From Pontiellaceae bacterium (GTDB lineage: Bacteria; Verrucomicrobiota; Kiritimatiellia; Kiritimatiellales; Pontiellaceae), in NCBI GenBank assembly GCA_045566035.1, contig JBJLEI010000016.1:1923-65922 (forward strand): a DNA stretch of 64,000 nt, given 5' to 3'. The position numbers and the translations under genes are program-made. The notes under the pieces were generated by a model. It made no database searches and was not told the DNA's origin. It saw nothing but the letters and a program-made list of their open reading frames with translations. Within the stretch, counting starts at the first letter, position 1. The number at the start of each line of letters is the position of its first letter. Of the stretch, positions 9,601 to 20,222 are shown one piece after another.

Positions 9601-10800
9601 TTAAATATCTGTTAAGGCTGTTATACCAGGTAAATTCTTACCTTCCATAAACTCTAGAGAAGCACCGCCTCCAGTTGAAACATGACTCATCTTATCAGCT
9701 ACACCTGAATTTTTCACTGCAGATACACTATCTCCACCGCCAATAATACTTATACAATCTGTATCTGCTACCGCTTCACAGATAGCATTTGTTCCATTAG
9801 CAAATGGCTCCATCTCAAAACAACCCATAGGCCCATTCCAAACAATTGTTTTTGCTTTTGAAATTTCTTCCTTATAAAGATTGATTGTCTTTGGTCCGAT
9901 ATCTAAGGACATCCAGCCATCATCCATATCACCTTCGGTAATATTTATATTTGCTTCGGCTGAAAAAGCATCTGCTACAACATTATCAATAGGGAGTAGT
10001 AATTTTACTCCCTTCTCTTTTGCTTGCTCTAAAATAGAAGCAGCAAGTTCTATTTTGTCTTCTTCAAGAAGGGAGTCTCCTACCTTTTTACCTTGTGCAA
10101 CAAAAAAAGTATAAGCCATACCGCCACCAATTAAAATAGCATCGCATTTATCCATTAGATTTATAACTACGTCTATTTTACCTGATATTTTAGCACCACC
10201 AATAATTGCAACAAATGGTTCTTCAGGTTGAGCTAAAACTTTACCTAGGTATTCTATCTCTTTTTCTAATAAAAAACCTGCCGCACATTGATCAATATAT
10301 TTTGTTACACCAACCATAGATGCATGTGCACGATGAGCAGTACCAAATGCATCAGATACATATACATCCCCATAAGATGCCAGTTCTTTAGAAAATTTAT
10401 CTTGTTCCTCTTTAGAACAATCTTTTCCTTCTTCTTCTTTATAAAATCGTACATTTTCTAATAATAAAATTTTTCCAGGTATTAGATTATTTACTAAAAC
10501 CTTCACATCTTCTCCAATAACATCGGGAGCTAAAGTTACCTCAGCATTAACTAGCTCTTGAAGTCTTTTAGCTGCTGGCTCTAAAGTATAATCGAAATTT
10601 TTTGTTCCTTTCGGCCGACCACAATGACTTACTAATACAAGTGATCCTCCATTTTCTAAAACATAGTTTATTGAGGGTAATGCAGCTATAATACGTGTAT
10701 CATCCTTAACTATTGAATCTTGGATAGGAACGTTAAAATCAACTCTCATTAACACACGTTTTCCTGATACATCTAAATCTCGTAATAATAATTTATTCAT
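9601..10800 (-). CDS. pgk: Phosphoglycerate kinase
   Basis: RVDFNVP, DAFGTAHRAHAS, GGAKISGK, WNGPMG.FE, GGGDS and STGGGASLE motifs. Confidence 0.98.
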   Translation of the reverse strand: MNKLLLRDLDVSGKRVLMRVDFNVPIQDSIVKDDTRIIAALPSINYVLENGGSLVLVSHCGRPKGTKNFDYTLEPAAKRLQELVNAEVTLAPDVIGEDVKVLVNNLIPGKILLLENVRFYKEEEGKDCSKEEQDKFSKELASYGDVYVSDAFGTAHRAHASMVGVTKYIDQCAAGFLLEKEIEYLGKVLAQPEEPFVAIIGGAKISGKIDVVINLMDKCDAILIGGGMAYTFFVAQGKKVGDSLLEEDKIELAASILEQAKEKGVKLLLPIDNVVADAFSAEANINITEGDMDDGWMSLDIGPKTINLYKEEISKAKTIVWNGPMGCFEMEPFANGTNAICEAVADTDCISIIGGGDSVSAVKNSGVADKMSHVSTGGGASLEFMEGKNLPGITALTDI

Positions 10801-10822
10801 TTTATCTCCTTAAAAAACTATG

Positions 10823-10850
10823 AAAAAAAAGCGCCCTATAAAAGAGCGCT
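10823..10850 (-). terminator. Rho-independent terminator/attenuator between gap and pgk
   Basis: Minus strand AGCGCTCT-tttat-AGGGCGCT followed by a T run. Confidence 0.75.
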
Positions 10851-10869
10851 AAATTAAGTATACTTGATA

Positions 10870-11886
<1,017 letters not shown>

Positions 11887-11916
11887 TTATAATAGAAAAA
11901 TTAAAAAACAGCGTGA

Positions 11917-11945
11917 AACCTACCCCGAGCAGTCCTTTCCGTCAA
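11917..11945 (-). promoter_or_regulatory. Putative sigma70 promoter of gap (TTGACG-N17-TAGGTT)
   Basis: Minus strand TTGACG gaaaggactgctcgggg TAGGTT, with a 17-bp spacer, about 50 bp upstream of the gap ATG. Confidence 0.55.
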
Positions 11946-12010
11946 TGCCGCGTTAGTAAAAAAATAATATTTTCTTGATGTATAATTAACGATAGTTCAT
12001 ATCCTTTTGG

Positions 12011-12523
12011 ATGAATAAGTATAATCTAGTAATATTGTTAGTAATTTTTATATGTAATTTCACTATATTAAATACCTACTCGGATCGTATTAGTGAATAC
12101 GTAAAAAATGAATTTAAAAATTCTACCCCTCTTAAATCCCACACACCCTTCTCTGATCTGATTGAGTTTTTACAATTAGGTACCGATAATGATGGAAAGG
12201 CTAATATGGGAATTGCTTTCCGAGTAATTGATTCTTACAAACCAATAACAGGTATTGTAATTGTTGAGAAAAAAGGAGATGAATTTATTTTATTGAAAGC
12301 AGATTTTCCAGATATAGATAAAATTAAAAATGGAAAAAATCGTCGTAAGGTTGCATCCATTCTAAAACCATTAAAAAATATTTCGTTTAATCCTCAAAAC
12401 GGTGGAAGAGCAGTAGATATTGTCTCTGGTGCTACTCGTTATGGAGCAGAATCACTTAATTACTTTAACTATATGGCTAGAAGAGTTGCTCTTGAAATAG
12501 ATAAGTATAATAAAAATAAATAA
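12011..12523 (+). CDS. Exported/membrane-anchored FMN-binding protein (RnfG/NqrC-like flavinylation motif)
   Basis: N-terminal hydrophobic segment; C-terminal VDIVSGATRY matching the [S/T]GA[S/T] flavinylation motif; adjacent to an RnfD-like gene. Confidence 0.65.
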   Translation: MNKYNLVILLVIFICNFTILNTYSDRISEYVKNEFKNSTPLKSHTPFSDLIEFLQLGTDNDGKANMGIAFRVIDSYKPITGIVIVEKKGDEFILLKADFPDIDKIKNGKNRRKVASILKPLKNISFNPQNGGRAVDIVSGATRYGAESLNYFNYMARRVALEIDKYNKNK

Positions 12524-13446
12524 TGAGTGTTCTTCAAAAAATACTATCTTTAAATGTTGTACTTATTTTATGTGCCTCTCTATATAGTATTTCTTATCAA
12601 TCTACATTTATTATCAAACTTATTTTATTGATGTTAATAGGATTAGTTGCAGAAATACTTATTACTTTTATTCTTAAACAAAAAATTAGATATTATGGAT
12701 TAGGATCTCTTTTTCTTGCAGGTGTGCTTACATGCAGTCTACCACCAACAATGCCTTTTATAATGATTATCATTGGAATTATTTTTTCGGTTTGTATTGC
12801 AAAACCATTTCTTCCTCGTTTTGGAATATTTTTAAATGGTGTAATTTTAGCTAGATTACTACTAATGATTCTTTTTCCGGAAGAAACTACTAAATGGGGA
12901 AGTATGACAGATGGAATTACTAGTGCTACCCCATTAGAATTTTATAAGTTTTATGATAAGCCATGGGAAATAATAACATGGACCACAATATTATTTGGTC
13001 CTATTAATGGCTCATGGATTATAGATGGTGGGTTTACGTTTTGTAATTTTGTACCAGGAAGTCCTGGTTCTAATTTTCCGATTTTATTAATTTTTATAGG
13101 TATTATTTTAAGCATTAAAGGAATATCAAATTGGAGAACATCTATTGCTTATGGGGTATCCTTTAGTATTTTAAATATGATTTTTGGTCTTAATCCACTT
13201 TATAATATTCTTACCGCTTCAAGTCTTTTTTGTATGGTTTTCTTATTTTCTGATCCTTATTCAACACCAAGAAACAATAATGGAAAATGGATTTTTGGTT
13301 TAATTATAGGTATAGTTAATGCCTGTATTAGAGAATGGGGGTTTCTTGAGGTACCCTATACAGAAGCAATTGTATTCGCGATTATTTTTGCTAATTTAAT
13401 AATGCCAACGATTAATAAATTACTTATTCCTGCAAAAAACCATTAG
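12523..13446 (+). CDS. RnfD/NqrB family integral membrane electron-transfer subunit
   Basis: Multi-TM; LPP.MP, AK..(F)G, N....AR, DGITSATPL (flavinylated Thr motif), PGS.G, DPYSTP, IR..G and FAIIFANL.MP motifs. Its start overlaps the previous stop (TAATG). Confidence 0.88.
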   Translation: MSVLQKILSLNVVLILCASLYSISYQSTFIIKLILLMLIGLVAEILITFILKQKIRYYGLGSLFLAGVLTCSLPPTMPFIMIIIGIIFSVCIAKPFLPRFGIFLNGVILARLLLMILFPEETTKWGSMTDGITSATPLEFYKFYDKPWEIITWTTILFGPINGSWIIDGGFTFCNFVPGSPGSNFPILLIFIGIILSIKGISNWRTSIAYGVSFSILNMIFGLNPLYNILTASSLFCMVFLFSDPYSTPRNNNGKWIFGLIIGIVNACIREWGFLEVPYTEAIVFAIIFANLIMPTINKLLIPAKNH

Positions 13447-14419
13447 GTTCTATTTTAAGCTCATAAAGCGGGTATTTTTCATACATTATAGACAAATTAT
13501 TTAGTTCTTTCTCCCAAGAAGAAGTTTCGCCAATAGCTACAATACAATCTCCTAAACCTGAACCAGAAATTTTAGCACCATAAATATCTGGATCTTTTTG
13601 AAGAATCTCACAAATTTCTTCTAACTCTGGTGTATTTAAACCCATAGCGTCCATAGTATATTGCTGATTATTCATAACTAAACCCAACGCATCTAAATTA
13701 TTTTTTCCTATTGCTTCTATTCCTTCAATTGCACATAGATTAATTTCATTAAAAAAAACATCTCTTAATTGACCTTTATCGGAATTATAAAGATCAAGTA
13801 AAACATCTTTAATTACCTCATTGGTTGGTTTTTTATACCCACAATATATGGCTACAATTGGAAAACTATTATCTAATTTATTTATACTTGGTTCCTCTAA
13901 ATTATTATTTATTGGAAAACTATTACTACAATTAGAGTAGCTAATTAAACCTCCGTAAATAGATGCAGCAATATCTGCACCAGAACCCCATTCCTGAAGC
14001 GATCTAATTATTTGGATTACTGCTTTGTATACATTTAAAGGATTAGGAGTATACCCATGAACATATTTGTAAAATGCAGTATAGGTTGCAACTGTTACTG
14101 CAGCTGAAGATCCAAAACCAACTGTTGATGAGAATTCAGATTCAATTTTAATATGTATACCAGAATCTAATTGATTTATAAATGAGCGGATAACTTCTAA
14201 AATAAAAGTGAAACGACTATCTTCATTTAAAATATCAATTTCAGAATTATAATATCCTAAATTTGAATCTATAATAACTTTTTTAGAATTCGTGATAGGA
14301 TAGATAGAAACAAAGATTCGTTTATTGATTGCACAAACAAGAGAAGTATTTCCATCCAAAACAGCATGCTCACCTAATAACATCAAACTTCCAGGTGCTG
14401 AAAAGGTAACCTCTTGCAT
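13424..14419 (-). CDS. GHMP kinase, probable phosphomevalonate kinase
   Basis: APGSLMLLGEHAV, VGFGSSAA, GSGADIAAS.YGG and KISGSGLGDC motifs; follows mvk in a mevalonate cluster. Confidence 0.75.
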   Translation of the reverse strand: MQEVTFSAPGSLMLLGEHAVLDGNTSLVCAINKRIFVSIYPITNSKKVIIDSNLGYYNSEIDILNEDSRFTFILEVIRSFINQLDSGIHIKIESEFSSTVGFGSSAAVTVATYTAFYKYVHGYTPNPLNVYKAVIQIIRSLQEWGSGADIAASIYGGLISYSNCSNSFPINNNLEEPSINKLDNSFPIVAIYCGYKKPTNEVIKDVLLDLYNSDKGQLRDVFFNEINLCAIEGIEAIGKNNLDALGLVMNNQQYTMDAMGLNTPELEEICEILQKDPDIYGAKISGSGLGDCIVAIGETSSWEKELNNLSIMYEKYPLYELKIEPNGFLQE

Positions 14420-14420
14420 T

Positions 14421-15422
14421 CTAAATTATCCGTGTACCAAGAGGATCTCCCCGGACAGTTGAAATAGTATACCCATACTCAATACATAAATCTATTGGAG
14501 GTTTTTCACAAAAAACTAAGACAGCCCCTGCATTATTTCCTTTAACAGATCCGGCACCACTTATTTTTGCTGCTCCACCTAATTTTTCAATTTCATTAAT
14601 AAATTTTTCAACTTTCTCAGGTACAACACTAATTTTTTTTAATAATTGATGATTTTCACGGATACCTTTTATTATTTTTAACTGATTATTACTTTTTAAA
14701 TCATTCATTAATGATTCTGTAATATCATCAAACTCACTCCAAATATTACTTGATGCAAAGTTTTTTCTTACTGCTTCAACACATGAACCAGTCGATGAAT
14801 CAGGTTTTCCTGTTTCTACCAAATACATTTTCTGTCTAAGTAAAGGTAACTTCTTTCCTGAACCATTTTTAAAATATGCACAACCACCATTTAATGCCAT
14901 ATAACTATCTATTCCACTTGGATGACCATGCTGTAAACGCTCAACTTCAAGGCTATATTCGTAATACCATTCAGGTTTAAAATCAACTCTTAGATAATGA
15001 CCTAGGGCTCTTAATTCACTTAAAACTGTTGCAGCAGATGAGCCCATCCCGCATCCTACTGGGATAGTCGATTGTAATTTCATAACAACACCAGAATCTA
15101 GGGATCTATGAAGACTATCTAGCGCATGAATGAAAGCAAAACGAAATAAATCTGCAGGAGCAGATAAAACATAACCTATTCCTATTTCTCCATCTAAAAA
15201 TTGTGAATATTTTCTTTCAACTCTCTTTTTTAAATCTCTTAGTGCAAGTAAGGTATATGAATGCCTTTTAAATTCTGGTAGATCAAAAGATATTTTTTTA
15301 TCTAGTTGTGGAATAACTTCAAAAACTGCATTTCTATCAATAGCCATAGCAATAGCTGGTGCACCGTAAGCAACGGAATGCTCACCACTTATTATTAATT
15401 TACCTGGAGATACTGCTTTCAT
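14421..15422 (-). CDS. mvk: Mevalonate kinase
   Basis: PGKLIISGEHSVAYG, PVGCGMGSSAA, E...HG.PSGID and KISGAG motifs. Confidence 0.88.
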   Translation of the reverse strand: MKAVSPGKLIISGEHSVAYGAPAIAMAIDRNAVFEVIPQLDKKISFDLPEFKRHSYTLLALRDLKKRVERKYSQFLDGEIGIGYVLSAPADLFRFAFIHALDSLHRSLDSGVVMKLQSTIPVGCGMGSSAATVLSELRALGHYLRVDFKPEWYYEYSLEVERLQHGHPSGIDSYMALNGGCAYFKNGSGKKLPLLRQKMYLVETGKPDSSTGSCVEAVRKNFASSNIWSEFDDITESLMNDLKSNNQLKIIKGIRENHQLLKKISVVPEKVEKFINEIEKLGGAAKISGAGSVKGNNAGAVLVFCEKPPIDLCIEYGYTISTVRGDPLGTRII

Positions 15423-15423
15423 T

Positions 15424-16596
15424 TTAATCTACTACTGACTCATATAATCTTTTATGTTCTTTAATTCCACTTAATCTAAATGGACCAGTTTTATACTGCG
15501 GAAAAATATAATCTCCGCCATCTGTTGGTACAACGTGATTAAACATATCTTCATATTGCTGGTAATTCAACGCGCTTCTATTATCTAACATACATTTATG
15601 ATCAGAAGCATACAAAAATTTCTTATACTCTGATTGAATAATACCAGAAAAGAATTCACCTACACAACCTGATCCATAACTAAATAACCCTACTCTCGAA
15701 CCAGCTAAATTTTTATCAACTGTATCTAATAAGGAGGTTAATCCTACATAAATAGATGCGGTATAGCTATTTCCCATTAAACGACTATAATTTAGGCTAC
15801 CGTTCAAATCGTTTTCTTTCATTTCATCAGTTAGTTTAATATTCATTACTCTTGATAATTTTACATGTGCTTTTTGTGCCATCTTTGTAAATGGAATATG
15901 ATAACAAAAATAATCTATATCGTGATAATTATTACCACTTAATTCACTATATTGCTTCCAGCAAGCTTCTAAAATTTTCATATAAACCTGCACAGAATAT
16001 TTTCCATCTACTAATGCCTCAGACCGATAATTTGGTCTCCAAAAATCCATTACATCTTCTGTATGAAATCCAGATTTTTCTTCTATTTCAATGATACGGG
16101 GATTAGTAGAAATTAATAAACTAACGGCCCCACATCCCTGTGTTGGCTCACTTGGACTTCCTAAATCATATCGCGCAATATCAGCAGCAATAACTAATGC
16201 TTTTTTTTCTGGATTCCTTGCTACGTATTGAATAGCTAGTTGCAGAGCAGCAGTACCGCTATAACATGCCTGCTTTAATTCTACCGTTCGGCAACGATGA
16301 GGTAATTCTAGTAACTGATGGACATAAATACCAGCTGCCTTAGATTGATCAATTCCGCTTTCTGTACTAAAAAGAAGTAGGTCAACATCACTTAATTCGC
16401 CTGATTTTTTTAACGGAAATGCTGAATTAGCACCAAGTGTTACTACATCTTCATCTGGGGCAGGAACCGCCATTTTTTCTTGCCCGATACCTAAGTAAAA
16501 TTTTTCAGGATCAACATTTCTTTCAATAGCTAGGTTTTTTAAATCTACGTAGTAATGAGAGCTATATAAACTAATTCGATCAATACCGATCTTCAT
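15424..16596 (-). CDS. mvaS: Hydroxymethylglutaryl-CoA synthase
   Basis: TESGIDQSK, ELKQACYSGT (catalytic Cys), EPTQG, DFWRP, YHIPF, GNSYTAS and FSYGSG motifs. Confidence 0.96.
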   Translation of the reverse strand: MKIGIDRISLYSSHYYVDLKNLAIERNVDPEKFYLGIGQEKMAVPAPDEDVVTLGANSAFPLKKSGELSDVDLLLFSTESGIDQSKAAGIYVHQLLELPHRCRTVELKQACYSGTAALQLAIQYVARNPEKKALVIAADIARYDLGSPSEPTQGCGAVSLLISTNPRIIEIEEKSGFHTEDVMDFWRPNYRSEALVDGKYSVQVYMKILEACWKQYSELSGNNYHDIDYFCYHIPFTKMAQKAHVKLSRVMNIKLTDEMKENDLNGSLNYSRLMGNSYTASIYVGLTSLLDTVDKNLAGSRVGLFSYGSGCVGEFFSGIIQSEYKKFLYASDHKCMLDNRSALNYQQYEDMFNHVVPTDGGDYIFPQYKTGPFRLSGIKEHKRLYESVVD

Positions 16597-17608
16597 AACA
16601 AATTAAGTCCTCTCTTCCTATTAGATCTTGAATATTATCAATTCCTAGTAAAAATAGCGCTACACAAAATTCTTTTTTTAATTTTTGAATTTCCGTTCTT
16701 ACTGCATCAGCTGAAATTTGAGCGGGTGCAAGAAATGGTTTTGCTAAGCCACATAACGAGGCACCAAGAATCATACTCTTTACCATATCTAAACCATTTC
16801 TTATGCCACCAGAGGAAATAAACTCAAAATCATTTTTATAAGGTTTTAGCATCTTTAATGCTAGTGGAGTTGGTATACCCCAATCCTTATATAATTCTCC
16901 TAAGCTAGAATCGATGCTTCTTTTACTTTCTACAAGGCTCCATGACGTTCCTCCTGATCCACTAATATCAATATATTTTATTCCTATTTTCTTTAAACAT
17001 TCTGCATCATGAGGAGAAAATCCTGATCCAACTTCTTTAACTAATATAGGCTGCTCGATTTCCTTAATAAGGAGTTTTATTTTTTCATCTATATTCTTAA
17101 AATTTGTGTCACCTTCTGGCTGAACTGCTTCTTGTAATGGATTTAAATGTAAATAGATTCCATCAGCATCTAGTACATCAATCATTCTTTTGCATTCCTC
17201 TGCAGTTATTCCATAATTTAATTGTACGGCGCCAATATTTGCTAATAATAATGTATTTGGTGCAAATTTTCTTAAAGAAAAACTTTCTAATGAATCCTCC
17301 TCTTTTAATAAAATTCTTTGTGATCCAACAGCTAATGCAATATTTTCTGCTTCAGCAGCAATTGCAAGGTTCTGATTCATTGTAATGAGCTCATCATCCG
17401 AGCCACCAGTCATAGATGAGATAATAAGAGGAAAGCTTAAATCTTTATTCATGAATGATGTTTTTGTATCTATTTCATCTAACGAAATATTTGGTAAAGC
17501 ACGATGCATTAAATGAATGCTATCAAAATAAGCTTTATCTCGATCTATTTCATTATATTCTGAAACAAGATTAACATGATCTATTTTTCTTTTATTAATT
17601 TTACTCAT
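16580..17608 (-). CDS. fni: Isopentenyl-diphosphate isomerase, type 2 (FMN-dependent)
   Basis: RK.DH, SMTGG, GSQR, HLNPLQE..QPEGD, VKEVG.G, G.GGTSW and SGGIRNG motifs. Confidence 0.96.
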   Translation of the reverse strand: MSKINKRKIDHVNLVSEYNEIDRDKAYFDSIHLMHRALPNISLDEIDTKTSFMNKDLSFPLIISSMTGGSDDELITMNQNLAIAAEAENIALAVGSQRILLKEEDSLESFSLRKFAPNTLLLANIGAVQLNYGITAEECKRMIDVLDADGIYLHLNPLQEAVQPEGDTNFKNIDEKIKLLIKEIEQPILVKEVGSGFSPHDAECLKKIGIKYIDISGSGGTSWSLVESKRSIDSSLGELYKDWGIPTPLALKMLKPYKNDFEFISSGGIRNGLDMVKSMILGASLCGLAKPFLAPAQISADAVRTEIQKLKKEFCVALFLLGIDNIQDLIGREDLICYEDRY

Positions 17609-17706
17609 AACTTTATTTTCGAAACTATCTATGTTTCCTTTAAAAATTAAAACTAAAAAATCGAGAGATAAACGTGTAAATAACTATCTAAATTATCTCA
17701 TTTATA

Positions 17707-20100
17707 TTACTGAAGTTTTTCAAGTGCTTTCTCCCATTGGCAAGATAAAGCTTTTTTACATGCTGATTTTTGTATTTTTTTAAATAATAAGGGATCATTG
17801 ATTACCAACTTCATTGCACTAAAAAGATCATTTTTATTATTCATATCTACAATTAACCCAGATTCATGAGATTGTACAATTTCTTGTGGTCCACCTTGAT
17901 TGGACACAATGGCAGGAAGACCGGATGCATGCGCCTCTAAAATTACATTTCCAAATGTATCAGTCATACTAGGAAAAACAAAACAATCGGCACTTGCATA
18001 AGCAGTGGATAATTCTTTTCCATGAAGATATCCGGTAAAAACAACATTTTCAAAAATAAATTTTTTCTCAATATCAGCTTTTAGTGGACCATCACCAACG
18101 ATCACAAGATTTGCTTGAATTCCGTCTTTTTTTAACATATCAAAAGTTTGAAGAAGAAACTCAATATTTTTTTCGCGTGATACCCTACCAACATATAAAA
18201 ACGTGAATTGATCCTCTAAATTATATTTTCTCCAAAATTTATTATTCCTAAATGAAGGGTTAAAATTTTCTCTTTTAATACCCCTATACATAATATCAAT
18301 AATATTTTCATCCATTCCGCTATCAACTAATATTTTTTTATAATAATGTGTCGGAACAAGAATCTTATCCATTTTACTATAAAACCATTTCATAAATCTC
18401 CAAATCGAATCCCCCAACCTTTCATCCTCTGTAATATTAGATAAAAATTTTGGAAAATCAGTATGATAAATTCCCGTAATATTTAATCCCAATAAATGAG
18501 CAGCACCTAATGCGCATAATCCTAATGGTCCTGGAGTAGATATGATCACTTCATCAAACTTTTGCTCTTCTAAATAAGCTAATATTTCCATGAAAGGAGG
18601 GTAACTTATTGATAATGATTCATATTCAGGTAATTTAAATATTCCTACAGGTTTAAAATTTTTTAAAGGAAAATCGGTAGGCAATGATTTATCTGAACAA
18701 GTAAGAACCGTAATTGATATATCATTGTTATTAGCCAGTGAGGCCAATGTTTTGATTGTTTTGGTAACTCCATTAACTTCGTGTAAAGTATCAGTAACCC
18801 AAACTTTCTTTCCACTTTTTTTCATTAACCCTTGTGCAGATGAAAATGAATTACAAACCTCTTGTAAAAATTTTTCATCTCTATGTTGGCTTGAAAATGC
18901 AGAAAGATAAGGAGTAATTCCTAAAATCATAGGTCCCATTGATGATATCGCCTGAAGGGAATTTATTAATTTACCTTCTCTGATTTCAAAAATTCCTTTT
19001 CTCAAAAATGCAAAACTTAATTCCTGACTGATTCTACAAGCAGTTTTAAAATGACTTTCAGCAGCAACATTTTGATTTTCAGTTTCATTGATTATTTTAG
19101 AAACCTCTGTAACAATCACTTGCTCAATAGGATTAAACCTTGTTTTTATATAAAATTTTTGAAGATTTTTTCTTATTGTTGATTTAAATTGTTCTCTTAT
19201 TTTAACTTTTGTTTTTATTTTTTTATTTGGATTTTGCGACAATGTTTTTAAAAAATTTCCAATTAAAGATTTATCTTCACTTCCGGAGGAAATAAAATGC
19301 TCTCTATAATAATAATACCCAACCCGATATATGCTTGTTGCAAAACGAATAGATGTACCAGAGTCTCCGCCAAACTTGTGTTCACCTTGTTTTAAAAATG
19401 TAACAAAATCATTCACAGTATGTGCTTTCGGAGTAGTTGTATACGCTCCTCCTGCATATAAACCACCGATATCATCAGAACCTCCAGTAAATCTTTTATT
19501 CCATGGCTCTGATCCAAACGGTTTAATATTATGCTTATCAGCAAGTTTAAATATTTGTTCATTTGAAAGATTTTTTATAATTATATTGCTAATATCACAT
19601 GCTCTTCTATTTCGTGCTCCATTAATTCCTTGAAAAGAATTAAACAGCACAAGCAGTTTTTCAAAAAGGTTAACTGTTAATCTATTATTTATTTGGTAAA
19701 GCGGATGAGCAATTGAATGGGCTATATTATTAGAATGAATGTACTCTCTTAAATCATAAATATTCTCTCGATGTTGAAGTAAAGAAGTAAACTCATCTTC
19801 ATTTATCCCAGAGACAATACAATAGATTTTACATTTATTTTCTGGAAAATAGGTTGTTAAAATACTTGAGATGAACGTATTAGGTAGATGAGCTATATCC
19901 AACGAACCTTTTATCGTGTTGTGATCCGTGATTGTTACATAATCCATTCCTGCTTCCTTACAGCACTTATATATATCTAATGGTTCAGAAAAACTCTCAG
20001 GCGCTCCAATTCTTCTCAGAAACCATTGTTTTGGCCGATTAGAGTATTTACTATGAACGTGTAAATCAGATTTTGATATATCATTTAAAATTGTCTTCAT
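17707..20100 (-). CDS. PHP-domain / family-4 glycosyltransferase fusion protein
   Basis: N-terminal DLHVHS, ITDHN, AHP and GGSDD motifs. C-terminal TDT...VNGV, TPGPLG, YHTDFP, YVGRVSREKN, VGDGP and FPSMTDTFGNVILEA motifs. Confidence 0.88.
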   Translation of the reverse strand: MKTILNDISKSDLHVHSKYSNRPKQWFLRRIGAPESFSEPLDIYKCCKEAGMDYVTITDHNTIKGSLDIAHLPNTFISSILTTYFPENKCKIYCIVSGINEDEFTSLLQHRENIYDLREYIHSNNIAHSIAHPLYQINNRLTVNLFEKLLVLFNSFQGINGARNRRACDISNIIIKNLSNEQIFKLADKHNIKPFGSEPWNKRFTGGSDDIGGLYAGGAYTTTPKAHTVNDFVTFLKQGEHKFGGDSGTSIRFATSIYRVGYYYYREHFISSGSEDKSLIGNFLKTLSQNPNKKIKTKVKIREQFKSTIRKNLQKFYIKTRFNPIEQVIVTEVSKIINETENQNVAAESHFKTACRISQELSFAFLRKGIFEIREGKLINSLQAISSMGPMILGITPYLSAFSSQHRDEKFLQEVCNSFSSAQGLMKKSGKKVWVTDTLHEVNGVTKTIKTLASLANNNDISITVLTCSDKSLPTDFPLKNFKPVGIFKLPEYESLSISYPPFMEILAYLEEQKFDEVIISTPGPLGLCALGAAHLLGLNITGIYHTDFPKFLSNITEDERLGDSIWRFMKWFYSKMDKILVPTHYYKKILVDSGMDENIIDIMYRGIKRENFNPSFRNNKFWRKYNLEDQFTFLYVGRVSREKNIEFLLQTFDMLKKDGIQANLVIVGDGPLKADIEKKFIFENVVFTGYLHGKELSTAYASADCFVFPSMTDTFGNVILEAHASGLPAIVSNQGGPQEIVQSHESGLIVDMNNKNDLFSAMKLVINDPLLFKKIQKSACKKALSCQWEKALEKLQ

Positions 20101-20122
20101 AAAAACTTTAATAATTAGTCTA

Positions 20123-20173
20123 ATTAAAAGTATTAAAAGTATTAAAAGTATTAAAAGTATTAAAAGTATTAAA
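20123..20173. repeat. 9-bp tandem repeat (ATTAAAAGT)x5 plus a partial copy in a divergent promoter region
   Basis: Five perfect copies start at 20123, 20132, 20141, 20150 and 20159, followed by ATTAAA. Confidence 0.93.
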
Positions 20174-20222
20174 TTATTATTTACGATATATGTGAAGATT
20201 ATTAGAAAAAAGTAAACTTATT

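Noticed and set aside
12011-17608. Functional link between the Rnf-like pair and the mevalonate genes (e.g. flavin reduction for IDI-2)
   Set aside because: The genes are convergent and the FMN-binding protein is extracytoplasmic; adjacency alone is not evidence.
20123-20173. 9-bp repeat as CRISPR, iteron or DnaA-box array
   Set aside because: Contiguous units with no spacers, no match to TTATCCACA, and no rep, cas or dnaA gene nearby.
20185-20220. Possible Pho box upstream of the PHP-GT4 gene (TTTACT..CTAAT..TTCACA on the minus strand)
   Set aside because: Too degenerate and not consistently 11-bp phased in a very AT-rich context.
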